A stretch of DNA of 64,000 nt from Bacillales bacterium (GTDB lineage Bacteria > Bacillota_I > Bacilli_A > RF39 > UBA660). A model generated the notes under the pieces. That model did no database searches, was not told the origin of the DNA, and saw nothing but the letters and a program-made list of their open reading frames with translations. Below, in pieces: positions 19,721 to 28,821 of the stretch (position 1 is its first letter; every line of letters starts with the position of its first letter). The position numbers and the translations under genes were made by a program. The DNA is taken from the NCBI GenBank assembly GCA_016282155.1, contig JAEEJY010000020.1, forward strand, positions 1,183 through 65,182, written 5' to 3'.

Positions 19721-20342
19721 TTACAATTTATATGAATATGAAGATAGACTTCATAAGGAAGGCTATGAGTTTATAGCCGGTTGTGATGAAGCAGGTCGCG
19801 GTCCACTATATGGTCCTGTCGTAGCGGCTTGTTGTGTCTTACCTAAAGATTTTAAATTAGAAGGCTTAACTGATTCTAAACAGTTAACAGAGAAGAAACG
19901 TGAAAAGTATATAGACTATATAAAAGAGCACGCGATTAGTTATGGGATTGGAATCGTTGATGCTAAAGAAATAGATGAAATTAATATTTACAATGCTTCA
20001 AGAAAAGCAATGCTACTTGCCTTAGAAGAAGTAAGAAAGAATATTAAAGTAGATTATTTATTAACTGATGCTATGCCAGTAGATATTGATATACCAAGTT
20101 TACCAATTATAAAAGGGGACGCTAAAAGTATAACAATCGCTGCTGCTAGTGTAATAGCGAAAGTAACACGTGATAGAATGATGCTTGAAGTAGATGAAAA
20201 ATATCCAATGTATGGTTTTAAAAAACATAAAGGATATCCTACAAAAGCGCATCTAGAAGCAATACAAAAATATGGAATAGTCGAAGGATATCGTAAAACT
20301 TACGGTCCTGTAAAAAAGATATTGGAGGGAAATAATGAATAA
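19710..20342 (+). CDS. rnhB: ribonuclease HII
   Basis: GCDEAGRGPLYGPVVAA catalytic motif and KGDAKS..IAAASVIAK motif. 210 aa. Confidence 0.93.
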   Translation: MKTNYNLYEYEDRLHKEGYEFIAGCDEAGRGPLYGPVVAACCVLPKDFKLEGLTDSKQLTEKKREKYIDYIKEHAISYGIGIVDAKEIDEINIYNASRKAMLLALEEVRKNIKVDYLLTDAMPVDIDIPSLPIIKGDAKSITIAAASVIAKVTRDRMMLEVDEKYPMYGFKKHKGYPTKAHLEAIQKYGIVEGYRKTYGPVKKILEGNNE

Positions 20343-20655
20343 TAATTTTAGTAAAAATACTTTTATGATGGGTAATTCAACAGCCAAAATAGTTGAACCC
20401 GAAAATAAAAGAGTTGAATTAAATAATCCAGATGGTGGGGTATTTAGTACTGATGAAATTAGAAATAATATGCAACAAATGAATGCTCATGCTCCAAGAA
20501 TAGAAAAACCTCAAACACCTGTAAATAATATGCAACCAAATCCAGGAATGGTTAATCAATCAACTCCTCAAGTACAACAACCTCAACCTCATGTTGATCC
20601 TCAAATAGATATGCGTATGCGTATGGCTAGTATGCGTAATGTAGGTTTAAAATAA
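20335..20655 (+). CDS. small Q/P/N/M-rich low-complexity protein
   Basis: 106-aa ORF overlapping rnhB by 8 nt and joined to the next gene by a TAATG overlap. The composition makes a real coding status uncertain. Confidence 0.4.
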   Translation: MNNNFSKNTFMMGNSTAKIVEPENKRVELNNPDGGVFSTDEIRNNMQQMNAHAPRIEKPQTPVNNMQPNPGMVNQSTPQVQQPQPHVDPQIDMRMRMASMRNVGLK

Positions 20656-21170
20656 TGCAAATAAATACACTTGTATTAGGTGAATTAGAAACAAATACTT
20701 ATTTTCTTGAAATAGATAATGAATTATTAATCGTTGATCCAGCTAGTGATTTTGATATTATAAGACACCATATAGGTAATAAAAAATTACTTGGTGTTTT
20801 ACTTACGCATCATCACTTTGATCATATTGGAGCTCTAGAAGAAACACTAAATTATTATGATGTTCCTTTATATGATTTTAATAATTTTCATGATGAAGTT
20901 AGTATTGGTAAATTTAAGTTTAAAATGTTAAAAACTTTAGGACATACTATGGATTCTGTAACGTTCTATTTTGAAGAAGATAAAGCTATGTTTGTAGGGG
21001 ATTTTATTTTTCGAGGAAGTATAGGTCGTACTGATTTAGGAGGAGATCCTAAATTAATGGAAGAAAGTATTAAGTTTATTAAAAATTATAGTGGTGTTAC
21101 TTTATATCCAGGACATGGTGAAGAAACAGAACTAGATTTTGAAAAACAAAATAATATTTATTTTCAGTAA
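20655..21170 (+). CDS. MBL-fold metallo-hydrolase
   Basis: THHHFDHIG metal-binding motif, plus downstream GHT and PGHG motifs. Confidence 0.85.
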   Translation: MQINTLVLGELETNTYFLEIDNELLIVDPASDFDIIRHHIGNKKLLGVLLTHHHFDHIGALEETLNYYDVPLYDFNNFHDEVSIGKFKFKMLKTLGHTMDSVTFYFEEDKAMFVGDFIFRGSIGRTDLGGDPKLMEESIKFIKNYSGVTLYPGHGEETELDFEKQNNIYFQ

Positions 21171-21196
21171 TATGTTATAATTAAATAGGTGATAAT

Positions 21197-22114
21197 ATGA
21201 AAAAGAAAAATAAAGTGGGTTTAGTAGTAGGAATTATATTAATTATATGTGCACTTATCTTTTTAGGAGTAATAATTGTCTTTAATATGAATGCTAAAAA
21301 AGATGAAGAAAATGTTAAAGAAGATATTAAAAAGATAGTTGCGGATATAAAGAAAAGCTGTAATAAAGAATATAAAAGATACATAATTAAAAATGGTAAG
21401 AGTGATACTGTTAGTGATGTATATAGTGTTAAAAATGCTATTTTTGAAACAGATACAGAATGTAATGTAACTTATTTCTATACTCATGAATTAATTACTA
21501 ATTTTATTAAAAAAGAAGTTAAGATGGAAAGTAGTTCGGATACTTTTACTAGTTTAAAAGATAATGGTGAAGTTATCTACTATAATCCAGTTACTAATAA
21601 AACTTGTAGTAAAGATAGTGATGGCTGTCTAAAATGGTATGTATTTAATGATAAAGATGATGCTTTAACTAGTACTCTTATCTTAGATCATAATATTAAA
21701 GATACAGCTAAATATGAAGTAGCTGAATCTTTACTAAAAGATTTAACTAAAGATTATGTAGTAGAAGCGAGATTACTTAATTTAGATGATCTTAAAACTC
21801 TTTTAGGAAAGACTGTTAAGAAAGAAGATATTTTCTTTGATAGTAAATTAGCTAAACCTCTTAAGAGCTGTTATAAAGGAGATACATCTAATTGTAAGTA
21901 TGGATGGCTATATGATAATACTGCTTTAAACTGTAAAGATTACGGATGTTTAAATAATACAGGTAAAGATATAAATGGTTACTGGTTAAGTGATACAGAT
22001 GGTGATAAAGCATACCGTGTATATAAAGATGGTCGTGTTACATTAACTAGTGCTATTGAAGGTTCAACAGGTATTAGACCAGTTATTGAAGTAGCAAAAA
22101 GTATAAGTAAATAA
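21197..22114 (+). CDS. membrane-anchored extracellular Cys-rich protein, unknown function
   Basis: N-terminal TM anchor (VGLVVGIILIICALIFLGVIIVF). About 10 Cys in the external part. C-terminal YWLSD...GIRPVIEV motif. Confidence 0.6.
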   Translation: MKKKNKVGLVVGIILIICALIFLGVIIVFNMNAKKDEENVKEDIKKIVADIKKSCNKEYKRYIIKNGKSDTVSDVYSVKNAIFETDTECNVTYFYTHELITNFIKKEVKMESSSDTFTSLKDNGEVIYYNPVTNKTCSKDSDGCLKWYVFNDKDDALTSTLILDHNIKDTAKYEVAESLLKDLTKDYVVEARLLNLDDLKTLLGKTVKKEDIFFDSKLAKPLKSCYKGDTSNCKYGWLYDNTALNCKDYGCLNNTGKDINGYWLSDTDGDKAYRVYKDGRVTLTSAIEGSTGIRPVIEVAKSISK

Positions 22115-22115
22115 T

Positions 22116-22146
22116 AAAGAAACTATATAGTTTCTTTATTTTTTTT
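22116..22146 (+). terminator. rho-independent terminator feeding into the lepA -10 (TGATATAAT, 22146-22154)
   Basis: 9-bp stem aaagaaact / agtttcttt, then a T-run. Confidence 0.7.
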
Positions 22147-22171
22147 GATATAATATGTTAAGGTGATTTGT

Positions 22172-23971
22172 ATGAAACAATCTAATATCAGAAATTTTTC
22201 GATAATTGCACATATTGATCATGGAAAAAGTACAATCGCAGATCGTATACTAGAAGTAACTAACGCTATAACAGAAAGAGAAAAACAAGATCAGTTACTA
22301 GATAATATGGATCTTGAAAGAGAAAGAGGTATTACAATTAAGTTAAATACAGTACAACTTCACTATAATTATAAAGGTGAAGATTATACATTACACTTAA
22401 TTGATACTCCCGGACATGTCGATTTTACTTATGAAGTATCAAGAAGTTTAGCTGCTTGCGAGGGAGCTATTTTAGTAGTAGATGCTGCTCAAGGAATAGA
22501 AGCTCAAACTTTAGCTAATTTATATTTAGCTCTTGATCATAATTTAACAATAATTCCAGTAATTAATAAAATAGATTTACCTAATGCCGATATTGAAAAA
22601 GTTTTAAATGAACTTGAAAGTATTGGTTTTGACCGTGAGGAAGTTATTTTAACTAGTGCAAAAAATGGTATCGGTATTAAAGAATTAGTAGAAGCTATTA
22701 TTGATAGAGTACCAGCTCCAACAGGAGATCCTAATAAAAAACTAGAAGCATTAATCTTCGATAGTTATTATGACCCATATCGTGGAATAGTAGCTTTAGT
22801 ACGTATTGTAAATGGAAAAATTAAAGTAGGGGATGAATTCATGATGATGGCAACCGGTGCCCATTATGATTGTGTTGATCTTGCTATTCATAATCCTCAT
22901 GAAGTACTAAAAAAAGAATTAACTACGGGTGAAGTTGGTGTAATAATCGCCAATATTAAAAATATTGAAGATGTTAAAGTAGGTGACACAATCACTAACT
23001 TTAATAATCCAACTGATAAACCATTACCAGGATATAAACCTATGAAACCGATGGTATTCTGTGGATTATATCCTCTAGAATCTAGTAAGTTCCCAGAACT
23101 TCGAGAAGCTTTAGAAAAATTAAAACTTAATGATGCTGCTTTAGAGTTTACACCAGAAACAAGTCAGGCTTTAGGTTTTGGCTTTAGATGTGGATTCTTA
23201 GGTCTTCTTCATATGGAAATAATTGAAGAACGTATCGAAAGAGAATTTGGTATTGATATTATCGCTACAAGTCCTTCCGTTGTTTATAATGTTTATTTAA
23301 CAGATAACACTATGGAAGTAGTAGATAGTCCAGCTAAATTACCAGACCGTCAAAGAATAGCGTATATTGAAGAACCATATATTCGTACAAATATTTTTGT
23401 GCCTAGTACTTATATCGGTCCTATTATGGAACTATGTCAAAATAAAAGAGGTAATTATGTATCAATGGAATATTTAGACGAGACAAGAGTAAATATTCAT
23501 TATGAAATACCATTATCGGAAATTGTATATGATTTCTTTGATAAATTAAAAAGTTCAACTAAAGGATATGCTTCTTTTGATTACGAAGTAATAGGTTATA
23601 AGAAAAGTGATTTAGTAAAAATGGATATTTTATTAAATGGGGAAGCAGTTGATGCCTTAAGTACAATTGTGCATAAAGATTTTGCTTATCATCGTGGAAA
23701 AGCGATTGTTGAAAACTTAAGAAAGTTAATTCCAAGACAACAATTTGAAGTACCAGTTCAAGCTTCTATTGGATCAAAAGTAATTGCGCGTGAAACAATC
23801 AAAGCTGTAAGAAAAGATGTTCTTGCTAAATGTTATGGTGGCGATGTTTCTAGAAAAAGAAAATTACTTGAAAAACAAAAAGAAGGAAAGAAGAGAATGA
23901 AAACTGTAGGTAGTGTAGAAATACCTCAAGAAGCATTCTTATCAGTTCTTTCAATGAATGAGGAGGATTAA
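22172..23971 (+). CDS. lepA: translation elongation factor 4
   Basis: [22 protein letters not shown] and NKID GTPase motifs. LepA-specific C-terminal domain. ATG at 22172 preferred over GTG at 22163 (SD AAGGTGA). Confidence 0.96.
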   Translation: MKQSNIRNFSIIAHIDHGKSTIADRILEVTNAITEREKQDQLLDNMDLERERGITIKLNTVQLHYNYKGEDYTLHLIDTPGHVDFTYEVSRSLAACEGAILVVDAAQGIEAQTLANLYLALDHNLTIIPVINKIDLPNADIEKVLNELESIGFDREEVILTSAKNGIGIKELVEAIIDRVPAPTGDPNKKLEALIFDSYYDPYRGIVALVRIVNGKIKVGDEFMMMATGAHYDCVDLAIHNPHEVLKKELTTGEVGVIIANIKNIEDVKVGDTITNFNNPTDKPLPGYKPMKPMVFCGLYPLESSKFPELREALEKLKLNDAALEFTPETSQALGFGFRCGFLGLLHMEIIEERIEREFGIDIIATSPSVVYNVYLTDNTMEVVDSPAKLPDRQRIAYIEEPYIRTNIFVPSTYIGPIMELCQNKRGNYVSMEYLDETRVNIHYEIPLSEIVYDFFDKLKSSTKGYASFDYEVIGYKKSDLVKMDILLNGEAVDALSTIVHKDFAYHRGKAIVENLRKLIPRQQFEVPVQASIGSKVIARETIKAVRKDVLAKCYGGDVSRKRKLLEKQKEGKKRMKTVGSVEIPQEAFLSVLSMNEED

Positions 23972-23972
23972 G

Positions 23973-24416
23973 ATGGATATTAATGAAAAAAGAGAAGCTG
24001 TTGCTAATTATATTATTGATAATAAAGCAACAATAAGTAAAACAGCGGATGCTTTTAATATGTCTCCTTCTTCTATAAAAAAGATTGTAAATGTTTATTT
24101 ACCAACTATGAATGTAGATTTATATAATAAAGTAAAAGCTATCCAAGCTGAAATTTCTGCTATGAGTGTTAGTGCTGGTGGAAAAATCAGTAAAAGACCT
24201 AAAACTATTTCTAAGGAAGCAGCTTTAGAAATAGCGAAAGTGATGCTTGATAGAGATTATACTTTTGAAGAAGCAAGTGAGTATTTTAAAATACCAAGTT
24301 CAACTTTATATGAGACAATTAAAAATATTGACGATGAAAATATTAAAATAGAACTAGATAATATGTTTAGAGAACATAAGAAAAATGCTCCATATAATCA
24401 AATAAATGTAAGATAA
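23973..24416 (+). CDS. SpoIIID-family HTH regulator with a second C-terminal HTH-like module
   Basis: The N-terminal 70 aa align in pattern with B. subtilis SpoIIID (YI(I/V)..K.T....A..F..S.S.I.K......LP..N.DL.N.VK.I, later GG..SK). Residues of about 85-135 look like a second HTH. SD GAGGAGG precedes the ATG at 23973. Confidence 0.65.
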   Translation: MDINEKREAVANYIIDNKATISKTADAFNMSPSSIKKIVNVYLPTMNVDLYNKVKAIQAEISAMSVSAGGKISKRPKTISKEAALEIAKVMLDRDYTFEEASEYFKIPSSTLYETIKNIDDENIKIELDNMFREHKKNAPYNQINVR

Positions 24417-24437
24417 AAGTATTCTTTTATCTTTTTA
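24411..24437 (+). terminator. rho-independent terminator
   Basis: 9-bp stem agataaaag / cttttatct that includes the stop codon, then a T-run. Confidence 0.6.
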
Positions 24438-24477
24438 TTTGTTTATATTTAAGGTATAATTATATTAGGTGATAATG

Positions 24478-24813
24478 ATGGAACAGATTAAGTGGGAAGA
24501 TTTATATATTAAAGACTTTGGTGGTTCCCAAATAACAAGCAGAGTAGAACTTACAAAAGCCCAAAGAAAGATGAAAACATTTTATGATGAATTCTTACTT
24601 CCTTTATATAAACCTATTAAGAATACTAATTTTAAATTTTCTGTTAGTAATGATAAATTAACATGTCGTATTATGTATAAAGATTTAATGAAATATTATC
24701 ATTTTAATTCAATAAGAGAATTTTTATATGAAGTAGCGAATGTTAAAGAAGGTTTTACTAAAGAAAAAGCTGATAAACTAGTTGAAGTAATGATAAGAAA
24801 AAAAGGAGTATAA
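24478..24813 (+). CDS. hypothetical protein
   Basis: ORF with SD AGGTGA 5 nt upstream of the ATG at 24478. It abuts hemW with only a 1-nt offset. No recognisable motif. Confidence 0.5.
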   Translation: MEQIKWEDLYIKDFGGSQITSRVELTKAQRKMKTFYDEFLLPLYKPIKNTNFKFSVSNDKLTCRIMYKDLMKYYHFNSIREFLYEVANVKEGFTKEKADKLVEVMIRKKGV

Positions 24814-25917
24814 ATGGAAGCTGTTTATATCCATATTCCTTTTTGTAAGAGTATTTGTTCATACTGTGATTTTTCTAAAATGTTCTATAATAAAGAATTT
24901 GCTAATAATTATTTAGCTGCTTTAGAAAAAGAAATAAATACTAATTATCAAAACGAAAAAATAAAAACATTATATATTGGTGGAGGTACACCAAATAGTT
25001 TAAGTGATGTTGAATTAGAAAGATTATTTAAGATTCTTAAGATAATTAACTTACAAGATAATTATGAATATACAATTGAATGTAATATTGAACTATTAAC
25101 GGAAAACCAAATAAATTTATTTAATAAGTATGGTATTAATCGAGTTAGTATTGGTATTCAAACATTTAATGAAAAATATCTTAAATTTTTAAATCGTAAT
25201 CATACAAAAGAAGAAGTATTTAATAAGATTAAACTTCTTAAAAAAAAGGGAATAGATAATATTAATATCGATTTAATATATGGTATTCCCGGTCAAACAA
25301 AAGAGGAATTATTAGAAGATATTAATTTATTTAAAAGTTTAGATATTCCTCATATTTCAACATATTCTCTTATTATTGAACCTCATACAGTTTTATATAA
25401 TAAGCATATTAAGAATATTGATGAAGATTTAGACCGTGAAATGTATGATTTAATAATTAAGAATCTAGATAATTATAAACATTATGAAACAAGTAATTTT
25501 GCTAAAACTGGCTTTGAATCAAAACATAATCTAACGTATTGGAATAACGCTAATTATTATGGTTTTGGCTTAGGAGCGAGTGGTTATATTAATAATATAA
25601 GATATGATAATACAAGAAATATTGATGCATATATAAAAGGTGATTATTTAAAAGAACAAGAAGAATTAGATTTTAATACAACAGTGGAAAATGAATTCAT
25701 CTTAGGATTTAGAAAAATTGATGGTATTAGTATTGATACATTCTATAATAAATATCATATTAATATGCTTGATATAGATATTGTAAAAAAACTGCTAGAG
25801 GAAGGTAAATTAGTTAATATTGATAACAAAGTAAGAATTAGTGATGATTATTTATATATCGCTAATGAAATATTAATTGATTTTTTAGGTGTTAATTATG
25901 AAAAGTACAGTATTTGA
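24814..25917 (+). CDS. hemW: radical SAM heme chaperone HemW (HemN-like, oxygen-independent coproporphyrinogen oxidase family)
   Basis: YIHIPFCKSICSYCDF CxxxCxxC radical-SAM cluster motif. GGGTP motif. Conserved position downstream of lepA. Confidence 0.88.
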   Translation: MEAVYIHIPFCKSICSYCDFSKMFYNKEFANNYLAALEKEINTNYQNEKIKTLYIGGGTPNSLSDVELERLFKILKIINLQDNYEYTIECNIELLTENQINLFNKYGINRVSIGIQTFNEKYLKFLNRNHTKEEVFNKIKLLKKKGIDNINIDLIYGIPGQTKEELLEDINLFKSLDIPHISTYSLIIEPHTVLYNKHIKNIDEDLDREMYDLIIKNLDNYKHYETSNFAKTGFESKHNLTYWNNANYYGFGLGASGYINNIRYDNTRNIDAYIKGDYLKEQEELDFNTTVENEFILGFRKIDGISIDTFYNKYHINMLDIDIVKKLLEEGKLVNIDNKVRISDDYLYIANEILIDFLGVNYEKYSI

Positions 25918-26476
25918 TAAAGAAATAGAATATATAAGAAATCCTCGTTATAAAGAGAGTGTACGTATATATTTAGATTTACTACCTGATTATTTTTATG
26001 AAATACCTGCTTCTTCAACAGGTAAATATCATCCTAGCTTTGCTTTAGGTGATGGTGGCTTAGTAAGACATACTAAAGTCGCTGTTAAAATAGCTAATGA
26101 ATTAGTAAATAGTAAAGTAATAGGTGATGTATTTACTGCTGATGAAAAAGATTTAATAATCTTTAGTTTACTTCTTCATGATGGATTAAAAGAAGGGGTA
26201 GTTAAAGAAAAATATACAAGATTTGATCATCCTCTTTTAATAGCTAATTTTATTAAAGAAAATAAAGATAAAACAACATTAAAAGATGAGGAAGTTGAAA
26301 TGTTAAGTAGTATAGTAGCAGCTCATATGGGGGAATATAATACAAATCCATATAGTGATGTTGTCTTACCTCTACCAAAGAATAAGTTTGAAAAGATGGT
26401 TCATATGTGTGATTTATTAGCAAGTCGTAAATTTTTAGATGTTAAATTCGATGAAAATAATAATATTATTGAATAA
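25898..26476 (+). CDS. HD-domain phosphohydrolase
   Basis: H...HD signature (VRHTKV...LLLHDGLK). ATG at 25898 with SD TAGGTG. Overlaps the hemW end by 20 nt. Confidence 0.7.
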   Translation: MKSTVFDKEIEYIRNPRYKESVRIYLDLLPDYFYEIPASSTGKYHPSFALGDGGLVRHTKVAVKIANELVNSKVIGDVFTADEKDLIIFSLLLHDGLKEGVVKEKYTRFDHPLLIANFIKENKDKTTLKDEEVEMLSSIVAAHMGEYNTNPYSDVVLPLPKNKFEKMVHMCDLLASRKFLDVKFDENNNIIE

Positions 26477-26487
26477 TAGGAGGACAT

Positions 26488-27207
26488 ATGCGCGGAAAAA
26501 TAATAGTTATTGAAGGAACAGATTGTTCCGGTAAAGAAACACAAACAAAAGCTTTAGTAAAATACTTAGAAGCAAAAGGAAGAAAAGTAAAAAGATACTC
26601 TTTTCCAATGTATGATACACCTACGGGTAAAATAGTAGGGGGACCATTTTTAGGAAAACCAGCTATTTGTGAAGGATACTTTCCAGAGAAAGCTCCTAAT
26701 GTAGATCCTTTAGTATCTAGTTTATATTATCTAGCAGATAGAGTATATAATATGCCTAAGATTCTAAAAGATTTAGAAGATGGTTATGACGTTATTTTAG
26801 ATAGATATTCATATTCTAATATGGCTCATCAGGGTGGAAAGATTAGTGATAGAGAAGAAAGATTTAAAAAGTATGAATTACTAGCTGAATTAGAATTTGG
26901 TTTATGTAATTTACCAGTACCAGATATTCGTATTTTTCTTCATATGCCATTTGAAGCAGCTACAATCTTAAAAGAAGGTAGAACTTCAGAAGCTGCTGAT
27001 CAAAATGAGGCTGATGAAAATCATTTAAGAAATGCTGAAAGAGCATTTATTGAAGTAGCGAATAAGTATGATTTCAAAGTATTTGAAGGTGTTAAAGAAG
27101 GTACTAGTGTTATAACTAGAGAGTCTATTAAACCAATTGAAGTGATCGCTCAAGAAATAGAATTATTTGTTGATGAAACTCTTGATAATAAGGTAAAATC
27201 CTTTTAA
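26488..27207 (+). CDS. tmk: thymidylate-kinase-like P-loop nucleoside monophosphate kinase
   Basis: IIVIEGTDCSGKETQ P-loop (GK followed by E-T, Adk-like GKGTQ spacing). DRY motif (LDRYSYSN). 239 aa, slightly longer than a typical Tmk. Confidence 0.6.
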   Translation: MRGKIIVIEGTDCSGKETQTKALVKYLEAKGRKVKRYSFPMYDTPTGKIVGGPFLGKPAICEGYFPEKAPNVDPLVSSLYYLADRVYNMPKILKDLEDGYDVILDRYSYSNMAHQGGKISDREERFKKYELLAELEFGLCNLPVPDIRIFLHMPFEAATILKEGRTSEAADQNEADENHLRNAERAFIEVANKYDFKVFEGVKEGTSVITRESIKPIEVIAQEIELFVDETLDNKVKSF

Positions 27208-27249
27208 AATAAAGAAAAATATGATAAAATTATAAAGCGAGGTGGAAAT

Positions 27250-27771
27250 ATGGAACTTTATGTACCAGATATGTATAAAAAGAATATTTATGCAATAGAT
27301 TATAATAAACTTAAAAATAATGGTATTAAATGTATTTTATTTGATTTAGATAATACGTTAGTTCCATATAATGAAAAAGTTCCTTCGAAGAAGGTTATTG
27401 AATTATTTAAAAAATTAAAAACTTTAGGTTTTAATGTAATTATATTTTCTAATAGTGGTAAACGTCGTTTACGTAAATTTAAAGAAATATTAGAAGTAGA
27501 ATGCTACTATCATTGTCGTAAACCAAGTACTAAGAAAATGTATGAAGTATTAAATAAATATTCATATAATCAATCAGAAGTTGTTATTATTGGTGACCAA
27601 ATAATGACTGATGTAGTAGGAGGAAATACAGTAGGTATCACAACTATTCTTACTAATCCAATGAGTAAGAAAGAATTAATATTTACTAAATTTAACCGTT
27701 TAAGAGAAAGAAAAGTAATAAAGAAGTTGAGTAAAGCTGATTTATTCTATAAAGGTAAATATTATGGCTAA
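27250..27771 (+). CDS. yqeG: YqeG-family HAD-IIIA phosphatase
   Basis: ILFDLDNTLV motif I, SNS motif, GDQIMTD motif. Located upstream of yqeH as in Bacillus. Confidence 0.85.
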   Translation: MELYVPDMYKKNIYAIDYNKLKNNGIKCILFDLDNTLVPYNEKVPSKKVIELFKKLKTLGFNVIIFSNSGKRRLRKFKEILEVECYYHCRKPSTKKMYEVLNKYSYNQSEVVIIGDQIMTDVVGGNTVGITTILTNPMSKKELIFTKFNRLRERKVIKKLSKADLFYKGKYYG

Positions 27772-28744
27772 AAAGTGTGTTGGTTGTGGTGCGATACTTC
27801 AAAGTACGGATAGTACTAAAGAAGGTTATATAACTAAAGAAGATAGTGTAATGTGTGAAAGATGTTTCCGTATTAAAAATTACGGAGACTATAAAAGTAT
27901 TGTTAAAGATAATAATGCTTTTATTAATATTTTAAAAAATATTGATCGTAAAGACTTAGTTATTCTTGTTATGGATATATTTAATTTACCTAGTTCTTTA
28001 GATTTAATAAAAGAGAATATTAATAATGATATTTTAGTTGTTTTAACAAAAAGAGATATATTACCAAAAGTTTTATATGAAGAAAGACTTTTAGAGTATG
28101 TTAAAAATTATAATATTAATTATATAGATAGTGTTATTGTAAGTAGTGTTAATAATTATAATTTTGATTTATTAATGGAAAAAATAGACAGATATCGTAA
28201 AACTAATAAAGTCTATATTGTAGGATATACTAATGCCGGTAAATCTACTTTAGTAAATAAAATTATTAAGAATTATTCTGATATGCTACCTAGTATAGTA
28301 ACTAGTATGCTTCCTAATACTACTTTAGATAGTATTGAAATTGCTTTTAAAGATATAACATTTATCGATACTCCCGGTCTTCTTAATGAATCTTCAATTG
28401 AGTATTATGTTGATATAAATACTTTAAAGAAAATTAATCCAAAGAAAACAATAAAACCAATTACATATCAAGTTAAATCAAAACAATGTATATGTATTGA
28501 AGATTTATTTAAGATTAATCTTTCTAATAACAACATAACAATCTTTATTTCTAATGCTTTAAAATTAGATAGATATTATAAAGATAAAGAAATAAAGGAT
28601 TTAGAAGAAAAGAAGATTGAAGTAAGAAAAGGGGAAGATCTTGTTATCCCAGGACTTGGATTTATTAAGTTTACTAAAAATGAACTAGTAAAAGTAAGTG
28701 TTATTAAAGGGGTACAAGTTTATACAAGAAAATCATTAATTTAA
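27764..28744 (+). CDS. yqeH: ribosome biogenesis GTPase YqeH (circularly permuted)
   Basis: N-terminal CVGCG...CERC zinc finger. TKRD precedes GYTNAGKST (permuted G4-G1 order). DTPG motif. Confidence 0.88.
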   Translation: MAKKCVGCGAILQSTDSTKEGYITKEDSVMCERCFRIKNYGDYKSIVKDNNAFINILKNIDRKDLVILVMDIFNLPSSLDLIKENINNDILVVLTKRDILPKVLYEERLLEYVKNYNINYIDSVIVSSVNNYNFDLLMEKIDRYRKTNKVYIVGYTNAGKSTLVNKIIKNYSDMLPSIVTSMLPNTTLDSIEIAFKDITFIDTPGLLNESSIEYYVDINTLKKINPKKTIKPITYQVKSKQCICIEDLFKINLSNNNITIFISNALKLDRYYKDKEIKDLEEKKIEVRKGEDLVIPGLGFIKFTKNELVKVSVIKGVQVYTRKSLI

Positions 28745-28777
28745 GTATTAAATAAAATTATTTAATACTTTTTTTTT
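28744..28777 (+). terminator. rho-independent terminator
   Basis: 11-bp stem agtattaaata / tatttaatact, then T9. Confidence 0.75.
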
Positions 28778-28821
28778 ATCTAAAATATTGATATAATATT
28801 ATATAGAATAGGAGAATAGTT

